A stretch of 64,000 nucleotides of DNA from Negaprion brevirostris (taxonomy: Eukaryota), in NCBI GenBank assembly GCA_030324005.1, contig JARDVH010000115.1:12097114-12161113 (forward strand), written 5' to 3'. A program made the translations under genes and the position numbers. How positions within the stretch are numbered: position 1 is the first letter of the stretch; the number at the start of each line of letters is the position of its first letter. Below are positions 50,901-62,900 of this stretch, one piece after another. Below the pieces are notes generated by a model. It made no database searches. It was not told where the DNA came from and saw only the letters and a program-made list of their open reading frames with translations.

Positions 50901-53900
50901 TTCAAGTATTACTCACCACTAAGGATGATGATGTCAAATACCCCATTACCAATCAATTGATCCCAATAGGTAACAGATGCTCGAAAACAACCTTTCCTCC
51001 ACAATGTCAAGTTCAGAAGCACGAGGCACATTGTCTTATTCGAAGAAATGGTTTTGTTAAACAAAACATCTGATGCTTCATTTTCAGGGGCACCAAGCTA
51101 AAATATAAGCCACAGATAGAAATATAAATGATATACAGATTAGCAGCAAGTTATGTTTTTTTTTTATAGACTGTTTTCACAATTTCAGTGAAAGTATTTG
51201 AAAATTCAAAAACCTACAGGCAGTAGAGTGCACATAGCATAACGTATTGGATACAGTTACACCCATGATCTTCCATTTACTGAGATAATTGATTTCAGCT
51301 GCTTTGCTTTGGGGCTGTGCAGAGTCGAGGCCAAGCTCCTCCCAAAGGGAGGCAGAAACAGAGCCACTCAGTGCTTATGGTGCACATCTTCTAGTGTTTA
51401 TCCCACAGCAGAATCAATGGAAGCCTGAACGTGCAGTACCTATCAATTCCTTCTCCTTTATCGAAAACACTGAACAGGATTGAAACAGCTTAACTGGGTG
51501 AAAAGGGGAGAAAGTAGCTTACAAATAAATTCAGTATTTTGAATCTCATTTACTAAAAACAAATGGCCCATTGATGAACATCAATCCTTACATTTAAACA
51601 TATTTCCATTTCAAGGTAAAATTGAAGTGCTTGACTTTTTTTTTCTATCTTTCACTATTTTGCGACCAAGACAATTTGCTCCCTGGGGGAACTTCACTGT
51701 TTAAAACTCTACACTTTCCAGAATTACCTTACTGTAGAAGCTTTACATCTTCGGAGTACTGTAAATGTGGATGACACTAATTAGAACACCTCATCCAATA
51801 TTTTGCCTCAAATCAATTTCTGAAACTTGGCAACTCTGATAATGTTATGCCAGTTCAGAAGGGGAGTTTTGGAAGCCTGTAACATCACAGCAAGGTGTGT
51901 TATTGAAACTGCAGAACCAAACACATCTTGGGGTTAGATTTAATGAAGCATTCCAACACTCACTGCTTCAATTTATCTTACTATCCCGTTATAATTTTTC
52001 TACATCTCCACTCTTCCCAAGGAGTTCTAGATAAAAATAAACCTGTCTTTGAAGCTGCTTTGTGGAATAATGAATGGAAGGGAGGAAGGTTAAAGTTGGC
52101 GCTACCAAAAAACCTCGTGGCAAATAACCCCTCATACATCAGATTGGGGAGGCCTTCTGGCACAGAGGGTAGCGCCCCAGCCTCTGAGCCAGAAGCTGTG
52201 GGTTCAAATCCTACTCTAGGACTTGACGGCAATGAAGGTATATTCATAACATGGTCAATCAGGTTGAGTATCTTTCCGAAGCTCCTTCAACACATGCCAA
52301 TGGCAGGGTATAACAGCTGGAGACATTCTTGGTCAGCCACGTAATGGAAAGAATGTTGTAGCCTCTACCATCACTATCTATACATCCAGACTATTTTCTC
52401 CTGAAAAGCTTAGGTTGGCAGCAGGGAGAGCAACAACAATAGAAGAATAATCTGCACTCGAGCAAAATGTCTGCAATACTACTTCAAGAATGTTAGGAAA
52501 CATCAGAGCAACAGGAAAGCTAGAGGAATATATTTTCAGATTATCTGCATCGCACGAATATAACATTCTCGAAGGTTGGAGGACAATGCAGAATTTTAAT
52601 AACAGCAGGCATTTAAGAAAACAGTAAAATAGATTGAGTTTTAATGCAGGATCTCTTAAAATGCTTGCTTGTAGGCAACTCATTACTCACTTCTTTGATC
52701 TGCACTTTGTAGTTATCCTGATCAACGAGGGCCAATGCATTACTTGTCGGGTTATCATATTCATCACGTGGAGCAATCTGCAATGTGTGCTGTTGTCCGC
52801 TAGTCAGTACCAGAGTGGAGAAGTGGTAGAGAATTTTTGTTTTTGCTGGAAATACAACTNNNNNGAGAGAGAAGAGGAGAAATACATTTGAGCTGTTTCA
52901 GTACCTGATGCTGAAATGTACGATGTGTTTTGACTACTGAAGACGAGAAAATTAACATTTCTTCCAACTTTTGGTACTGGCATCAAAACTACTCGTGAAA
53001 TTTAGTGAGGTCAGATAAGGAATGAAATGAAGTCTCACACAGTTATAGTTCTGTGCAACTAGTGCAAAATATACATCACATGAAGCCTCAGATACATAAC
53101 TGCTTATAACAAATACTGAAATCCAGTATCCTTTTTCTGTTGGACTGTATGATGCTTTTGTTTACAAGTTCAGAAAAAAAAGGTGATTTTCATTAATATG
53201 GTGCCTTTAGCTTAAATGCTAAAGCACATCTTAAATATTATCAAATACCGAGCCATATTTGGGTCTGACAAGCATCGGGCAATGACCAAAGCAAAAGAGA
53301 ATCCAACGGATATTCAGTGGTATTTCTATGCCTAAATCCCCATCAAAATCATGAGGTTACCATTGATTAGACAATTAAAGGAAGCTACAACAGCAAGTCA
53401 AAAACCTTAGTTTGTGGTGAGTAACTCACATTATGTTTCCCATAGCCTGTCCACCATCTACAAGGCACAACTCAGGTGTGTGATGCATACACTCTGCTTG
53501 CCTGGATGAGTCAGGTTCCAGCACTCAGGAAGCTCAACACCACCTAAGCAAAAGCACTTGATTGGCCACCCATCCGCCATCTTAAACATTCAGTAATCCA
53601 CAACCTGCACAGTGGCAACAGTGTGTACTATTTACAAGATACACTGCAGCAACTCGCCAAGGTTCCTTCCAAATCATGGTTTTGTAAGTTGGAAATCATG
53701 TTTAACCAAGTTATTGGAGTTTTTCAAAGAATCACATGTACATGGGATAAAGGAAAACCAGTGGATGTACTGTACTTAAATTTCCAAAAATGGTGCCACA
53801 TCAAAGGTTATTGCAGTAAATAAAATCTCATGGTGTACAGAGTAACATATGAAACGGATTGAAGACCTAACAGGAAATGGAGTTTTGGATCTTTTTCAGC

Positions 53901-56900
53901 AAAATTGTACTTTTAAGGAAGTTTAAACACTTAAACACCATGTTCAAGCTCACTCTTCTCTTTGCTCTCACAAATCTCTCCCTGCAACCCCTGATCTCAA
54001 GTCCATCCCTTTTCTCTCCCCTCCCTCCTGTCACTCTNNNNNNNNNNNNNNNNNNNNNNNNNNNNNNNNNNNNACCCCACTGATCTACAGTTATCGCAAC
54101 CCCACCCAGAGGCAGACGTGACAAAGAGGGTAATTTCCCGATTCTGCACACCCACCTCATGCTTAAAATTCCAGATCTTTGGCTCCATTTTGCAGTGCTC
54201 GAATGTCTCTTTTATAAAGAATTGAACATAGCATTCAAGATATGGTCTAAGCAATTTAATCACTGCTTTCTCTGGCTCAGTCTTGTTTCGTCTGTGCTGA
54301 TTGCAGTTCTACATTGTTGGATACGTTGAGTTGATTATCTACTAGACCTCTGGGTCTTATTCAGCATCATTCTTAACAATTTCAATTTAATTCATTCAAT
54401 GTGCATGTCATTTATTTTTCCTTCCTACGTGCATTACTGGTATGCATTCAATATTGTGAAATTATGGACAATATTTGCAGAGTAAGAATTGGATTACGAA
54501 TGTACAAATTCATTTCTAATTGAATCCACACAAGCAGCAAAGAAAGCAGACTTCTATCTCAGTCGTCCAAGATTTATTATAAAACTTAAATTCCAGAGAA
54601 AGTAGGCCATGTGTTCTAATCATAATTTTTATTCATAGATCTACTGCTGCAGTTTGCTATACAACCAACTCTTATTCTCCTGTCCTTCCCACCACCAAAA
54701 GTTAATTTCCTTTCTTTTTGAGCAACAGCTTGTGAGCTTTAGAAAATTCAAAGCTTTCACATATGTTGAATTATAACCAACCTCACCCACATATATGGGA
54801 CAATGGAATTGTTGGCAGGGTCAATAACACACAAATGACAAAAGATACAAGCATTGTTGCAGTTAAGTGCCAATAAAACCACACTTGGAACATCAACACC
54901 CAACTAAGCAATTGACAATGATAGGAAGACAGAGCAAGGGAAAGAAGAGCCAATAATTGAATTTGTAAGCACATCTCCACATGCACTGAACAGTCACCGC
55001 TGTGGGGGAAGGGCAAATATCATTCGATACCATCCTGCTCCCCCCACAACAAAGGAAAAAAAGTCTTGCAGTGAAAATTAAAGAACAAGTGTATGCAGCT
55101 GCATTTCTTGACCAATTATCTACTCATTTATGGAGGCATGAATGCAAGCTAACAATGCGGACAAACCAATAGAGAGAAAATAAAACAGATAATCTCATCT
55201 TTAGAGAAAGCATACACGTATTCACACCTACCAGGTTGAAATGTCTTGTAGTATGGGCTGTAGGCAACATTCAATCCTCCAAGTTTGACAGAGATTTCAT
55301 ACCTTCCTGCCTTTCGCACTGTGAAGCCCACCTTTACCACATTGTTCTTCTGTGCCTGAAGTACCTCCTGTGTGATGGGAACATCCAAACCAAGCTCCAT
55401 GTGTGAGATGTGAATCCGTAATCCCACTGGCCGATGTGCAGGGAATGGGTGGCCATTCTTGTAGAACAACTACACAGCAATAGTGAAAGAATGTGTTTTC
55501 AGAAATAAGTTCTGTATTAACGCTTCTCTTTGTTATATAGGTTTATACAACTATAGAAAGATTACAAAACAGGAGGTCATTCAGCCTGTTGCGCCCATAT
55601 CAGCTTGCTACAAGAGCTTTCCAGTGAATCCCATTCCTCATTTTTATCCCCTTAGCAATGTAAATTCTTACACATCAGGTAATTATTTAATTCCCATTGG
55701 AAATGACAATTAAATCTGTCTCCACCACAACCTCAGTTGGTGCATCCCTGAACCTAACCACTCATTATGTAAATTAAATATTTTCCACATTTAGGGTAAG
55801 GAAAGGAGGAAGGCAGTATTGATAGGGAACTCTACAGTGAGAGGGTCAGACAGGTGATTTTGTGGAGACAGACGGGAAATTCGGATGGTAGTTTGCCTCC
55901 CTGGTGCCGGGATCCGGGTTGTTTCTGGTCACGTCCAAGGAATCCCGAAGTGAGAGCAGCCAGAGGCTGTGGTACATATTGGTACTGCTGACATAGGTAG
56001 AAAAGGGAAGGGGTCATGAGAAGAGAATATAGGGAGTTAGGTAGAGAGTTAAGAAGGAGGAACACAAAGGTAGTAATCTCGGGATTGCTGCCTGTGCCAT
56101 GAGGAAGTCAAAGCACCAACGGAATGAGGTGGAGAATAAATGCGTGGCTGAAGGATTGGAGTAGAGGGCAGGGATTCAGGTTCCTGGATCATTGGGACCT
56201 CTTTAGAGGCAGGTGTGACCTGTACAAAAATGACGGGTTGCACTTGAATCCCAGGGGGACCAATATCTTGGCAGGAAGGTTTGCTAAGGCTACTGGGGAG
56301 ACTTTAAAACTAGAATGGTTGAGGGGAGGGAATCAAAATGAAGTGACTGGGAGAGAGGAGGTTAGCTCGCAAATAGAGATCGTTGACTGGCGATGGAGAA
56401 GGGGAGCACTCAGGCCAAAGGTTTGATATGTGTCTATTTTAATGCTAGGAGTGTTGTTAACAAAGTGGATGAGCTTAGAGTGTGGATTGCTACTTAGAAC
56501 TGTGATGTGGTGGCCATTACAGAGACTTGGATGACTCAGGGACAGGACTGGACACTTCAACTGCTGGGTTTCAGATGTTTCAGGAGGGATAGGGAGGGAG
56601 GCAAAAGAGGTGGGGGAGTGGCACTGTTGATCAGAGAGAGTGTTACGGCTGTAGAAAAGATGGACACTATGGAGGGATTGTCCACAGAGTCTCTGTGGGT
56701 GGAGGTTCGGAACAGGAAGGGGTCAATAACTTTACTGGGTGTTTTCTATAGGCCACCCAATAGTAACAGGGATGTTGAGGAGCAGATTGGGAAGCAGATC
56801 CTGGAAAGGTGTAATAATAACAGTTGTCATGATGGGAGATTTTAATTTCCCAAATATTGATTGGAATCTCCCTAGGGTAAGAGGTTTAGATGGGGAGGAG

Positions 56901-59900
56901 TTTGTTAGATGTGTTCAGGAGGGTTTCTTGACACAGTATGTGGATGAGCCTACAAGAGGAGAGGCTGTACTTGATTTGGCATTGAGAAATGAACCTGGTC
57001 AGGTATCAGATCTCTCAGTAAGAGAACATTTTGGAGATAGTGATCATAATTCTATCTTCTTTACAATAGCATTGGAGAGAGATAGGATCAGACAAGTTAG
57101 GAAAGTGTTTAATTGGAGTAAGGGGAATTATAAGGCCATCAGGCAGGAAATTGGAGGCTTATATTGGAAAGAGGTTATCTCAGAGGAATGTACGAAGAAA
57201 TGTGGCAAATTTTCAGGGAATATTTGTCTGGAGTTCTGCATAGCAACGTTCCAATGAGACAGGAAAGTTATGGTAGGTTACAGGACCCACAGTGTACAAA
57301 GGCTGTAATAAATCTAGTCAAGAAAAGAAAAGCTTACAAAAGGTTCAGGGAGCTAGGTGATGTTAGAGATCCAGAAGAGTGTACGGCTAATAGGAAGGAT
57401 CTTAAGAAGGAAATTAGGAGAGCCCAAAGGGGACATGAGAAGGCCTTGGCAGGCAAGATTAAGGAAAACTCTACATTCTACAAGTATGTGAAGAGCAAGA
57501 GGATAAGATGTGAAAGAATAGGACCTATCAGGTGTGACAGTGGGAAAGTTTGTAAGGAACCAATAGAAATTGCAGAGGCACTCAATGAATACTTTACTTC
57601 AGTATTCACAGTGGAAAAGGATCTTGGTGGTTGTAGAGCAGATTGACAGCGGACTGAAAAGCTTGAGTATGTAGATATTAAGAAAGAGGATGTGTTGGAG
57701 CTTTTGAAAAGCTTTAGATAAGTCACCAGGACCGGATGGGATGTACCCCAGGCTACTGTGGGAGGCGAGGGGAGTGATTGCTGAGCCTCAAGCAATGATC
57801 TTTGCATCATCAATGGAGACAGGAGTAGTTCCAGAGGATTGTGGATGTGGTTCCTTTATTCAAGAAAGAGAGTATAGATAGCCCAGGAAATCATAGACCA
57901 GTGAGTCTAACCTCAATGGTTGGTAAGTTGATGGAGAAGATCCTGAGAGACAGGATTTATGAACATTTGGAGAGGTATAATATGATTAAGAATTGTCAGC
58001 ATGGCTTTGTCAAAGGCAGATCACACATTTCCCCAGAAATGGAAGGATATTGAAACTGGAGGGACCAACCCTTACACCAAATTGACAAAAGACAGGGTCT
58101 CCTTTAGCTTGTTCAGATAATAACATGAGTATGTTTCTGTTCCACTTTATTGTCATCCACATGTCAATACTGCAATCTTTGGCTAAATTTCCTGCCACTG
58201 ATTTATTTATAGGTCCTTATCAAAACTTTGTAAGAAAATGTATTGGCCTTCGAATCAGACTGAACCAGACTCTACACAACCTTAGTATCCATAATATGTA
58301 GGAAGGGAATAGGCCATTTGGCCCATTAAGTCTACTCCACCATTCAATGAGACCCTTGGCTGAATGTCTACCTTCATATCAAGAACATGCACAGCAGGAG
58401 GGACCTGGAAGTGGCCACATTCCCAGTTCTGCCCGAGATCCTGTAAAGAGCGCAGTATTTGTTAGTTCGTCAATTAAATGCCAACCTGTGTGAATCACAT
58501 CTGGATCAGGTCTGTGACGCCAGCAGGGGCAGAGTGTGCTGGGGTTGTGTCTAAAGGTGGCCTGGCCAGATATTTAAGGGCAGTTGCCAGAAACTGCTGA
58601 AGACATCCAAGGAGGCAGAGGGAGGTCTTCATCCTGATAGCAGCACTCCAGGCGAGAGGTCACTTCAGGTGGGCAGCAAACCTCTCCCATTTCCCTGGCT
58701 GTCAGTGAGGGCATCCTAATGCCACAGGATGGCAGGAGGAGGCTGCTCATCTCACCAAAGGTGCTCTGTGCAGAGGCAGCAGCCAACATCAATGGGCATA
58801 AATGGGTCTGCCATACATGGATTCAGTGCATGAAAGGGACATGTACTCGGCAATGTAAACAATGGTCCGGTGTGGAAGGACCCTTCCTTAAGCTGCACTC
58901 GTGGGCAGAGGAATCAGAATCTCAGGAGACACCTCTGCCCACGTGTGTTATAGCTGGACAGAAGATCTGAAGCTGTGGGTCCATCAACAGATCAGTTGTG
59001 CAAAAGGCTTTGGGCATGTCCACATGGATGTGAAGTGGATTGGAGACAGCATGGTCTGGCGCTGGATGGTTGAGGACTGAAAGGAGCTTTGTATTTACAT
59101 TGCCACCACAATGCAGAAGGATCTGCCACTGACAGTGCGATGGCAAAACCTGGCGATCCTCACCAGCGATGGAGCTGGGAGCCCTGGGTTGTGATGCAAG
59201 TGAGGAGGAAGGACCTCAGGTTGCAGAGAGGCTGGAGTCTGTGAGAAAGGTAAGGATCCAGTGGGCAGGAGTGGGACAGACGCAGAGTGAAAATTAGGGG
59301 TCACCTCATCATTCTGAGAAACAGCAACCAGTGATTCACCAATCAGTGAACCAGGTCATGTCATTGATCCCAGTCACACAACATGGAGACTGACTCTGGG
59401 TGAAATGGCAGAGCAGGGGGATGGGCATTGGTAAGATGCTTTGTCAAAGAGTCAGTGCAGACTCAATGGGCCGAATGGCATCCTTCTGCACTATGGAGAT
59501 TCTACGATTGTTTTCTTCCCTCAGATGAAACATCCCCCAGAGCTAGACAGGAGACCAACCCTTCCTTAACACCAGACCACAGGCACATCAGTGGGCAATA
59601 ACATGCTGGATCAGATGGTAGTACATAGTAATGAGGGCTCATCATTGTGACAATATCGGCCTTTAAGAAATTTAGTCATTTTTTTGTGCAGAATCTGTTA
59701 TTATTGGTGCCATTCTGTCTGTGACTGGCTTCCTGTATTGTTACTGCAGCAGCATAATTGATTTTAATTGCTACAATGTTTGTTTTAATCTGACCTAATG
59801 CAGAGTTGTTATTTTTGAGATTTCCCCTGGGTTTTGAAGATTAGGATTTAATTAGGTGATTGACAGGTAAGATCATAGGATCATAGATCCTACAGTGCAG

Positions 59901-62900
59901 AAGGTGGTCATTTGGCCCATCGAGTCTACACCAGAGCCTATCCCCACTATCCCATGCATTTACCCGACATTAAGGGGCAATTTAGCATGGCCAACCCACA
60001 CATCTTTGGAATGCGGGAAGAAACCAAGAGCACCCGGAGGAAACCTGTACAGACCATGGGGAGAATGTACAAACTCCACCCAGGTAACGACCCAAGCCAG
60101 GAATCAAACCTGGGTCTCTGGTGCTGTGAGGCAGCATTGCTAATCACTGTGTCATATGATTGGGTGGATCTAGGCTTCCACAGAGAATTCAAGGTTAGTT
60201 GCTATTTAATGCTGCTTTGAGTTGACAGAGACAGAGCACTGCCTCTCTTTCCCCCTCTCTGAAGCTGGAGACTAAATTCTGCCAGGGGGATAAGTCCCCT
60301 ATCTCAGAGATTCTGTTCAAAAGTGTGTTTCTTTCTCTGAGAGTTGCAGTTTAGAAGCTGCAGACAGAGAGGCATCCCTTTCTGTCTCCAAACCCTGGAA
60401 CACCTGGATAACAAAGTCACATTTCAGACTCCTATTTATTGAGCACAGCTCAGCCTTCAACACCATTATTCCTACAAAACTCATCTCCAAACTCTGTGGC
60501 CTGGGCCTTGGCTCCTCCCTCTGCGACTGGATCCTNNNNNNNNNNNNNNNNNNNNNNNNNNNNNNNNNNNNNNNNNNNNNNNNNNNNNNNNNNNNNNNNN
60601 NNNNNNNNNNNNNNNNNNNNNNNNNNNNNNNNNNNAGGTTGAGAGAGCTTGGTCTTTTCTCCTTAGAGAGATGAAGGATGAGAGGTGACCTGATAGAGGT
60701 GTATAAGATGTTCAGAGATATTGATCGAGTGGATTCTCAGCGGCTTTTTCCCAGGACTGAAATGGCTGCTACAAGAGGACACAGGTTTAGGGGGCCGGGG
60801 AGTAGGTACAGGGGTAAGTTTTTCACTCAGAGGGTGGTGGAGCCAGATTCGGTAGGATCTTTCAAGAGACTTTTGGATAAGTACGTGTGACTTAATAAGA
60901 TAGAGCGTTTTCGATAACTTGTGGGTCGAAGGGCCTGTTTGTGCTTTAGTTTTTCTGTGTTCTATGTCACTTCTGGTTCTTTTACTCAATTTAAATTGCT
61001 GTCCTCTAGTTCTCAACCTCTTCCACCAAGGACAATGCAGTTTCTTCTGACCTACTCTGTCCAAACCCCTCACGATTTTGAACATCTCTATCAAATTTCC
61101 ACTCAACTTCCTCTTCTCGAAGGAGAAAAGCCCCAGCTTCTCCATTCTATCCTTGCAACTAAAGTTCCTCTTTCCCAGAAGCAGTCTCAGAATTTTCTTT
61201 CTCCAGCCACTTCAATGTATTTACTTATTCGTAAAGTAGTGAAAGATGCTATATAATGTGAGTTTGTCTTACTTTTACTTCCAGTTTCCCAAACTCTCCC
61301 CTCACTATCAGCCATGACAGTTTGGTCTTTTGAAAAGCCCCGCCTATCATCCTCTCCACTTTCAAAAATCTACTGGTCTTTAACTCTGACTCCATCCCAA
61401 CATTCTCAATTTTTTCTTTTTGCCTCTTGATTACAATCCAGGTTTTAATCTCCTTGATATAAAAGGTACTTGAAGATATCATCCTGAGCGTGAGCAATTC
61501 TCAAACTGTCAGCTGTAATCTCAAAACCCAAGAATGGGAAATCGGGAACGACCTGGTAGTTCAGAACTTGACTGCACACAACTTCAAGATGGTTAGACAA
61601 TCAACTACTACAGAAGCTAAAGGTGATTGCACCTCTGAATCAAAGGTTGAGGGTTTAAATCTTAGTAGTCCCTCCTGAAAGTTCCCCTTCAAGTAACACA
61701 CTATTTTAATGTATGTATAATGAAATACGTAACTGTCCCTTCATTGTTAGTGGGTCAAAACCCTGGAAATCCCTAACAGCACTGAGGGAGCACTTTCAGC
61801 AACAGAAACAGAAATGCTGGAAAATCTCAGCAGGTCTGACAGCATCTGTGGAGAGAGAATACAGCCAACGTTTTGCGTCTGGACGGCCATCCAGAGTACT
61901 TTCAGATTGTCATGGTTCAAGATGGCAGCTCACTACTATCTCCTCCACGACAACTGAGGATGAGCAATACAAAGCACCTACATCCCACAAATGGATCAAA
62001 GAAGTCCACAGAATTAAACACAAATAAAGTTGACACATCAGTGTTGTGTAGGTGTTAATCCCAATCACAGGTACTATCCTTTGGATGAAATGCCAAATTA
62101 AGACCAAAGTCCAGCATTCCAGTGGTTCGCATGTACTTTCAAGGGCTCATGACACTTCTGGTGCCTGACAATATTGCTGCCTCAACCAACTATACTGATT
62201 AATTGGTCAATCTTCCCATGTTGTTGCAGTTTTGCATTGAAAGGTCTGTCAGTTTGATTACATGCAAAGCTCATTGAGACATTTTTAAGCAATGTGAAGA
62301 AGTTCAGCATAACTACAGGTCTTCTTTCCCCCCCAAAAAAATAGATGCAGCTTTTGGGCCCTACATTACTCACAAAAATCTGATTAAAATTAAGATTTCA
62401 GCAAATCCAGACTTTACACACTCCTATTAATCTATAACATATTTTAAAATTTACACTTGTTTTGCATGCATTTGCCCACAAACTTCCTTGTCATAGTTGT
62501 GTCATGCTTTCATGTTCTTATAAATTTCAACAGCCACGTTTGCAATGGAAACTTCCTACTTAAACTATACATGTAATAATTATATCCTTCCATCAATAAT
62601 TGTGCCGATAGTATATACATAAGTTTTTCAGCCTTACTGCAAAGCTAAGTGCTCCAAATTTTTCTTCATTGCAATCAATTTTGCTACTAATTAGTATTAA
62701 GTCACGGTATTAAAATAAATGGAAATGTTACTGGGTCAGTGAGATCTGGTCCAATTATCCACTGCCCTTTCACTCTACGTCAATTTAAGATTACAATTAG
62801 AGTGAATATCCTCTCTGCAGTGGGACAGACTACTCAGCGTTAAATACTTATTAAAATTTTCAATACTTTTGAATTGGAGATATTTAAATTCCAGTTACTT

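Noticed and set aside
56124-58053. Several 100-172 aa ORFs as host genes
   Set aside because: They are frameshifted pieces of CR1 ORF1/ORF2.
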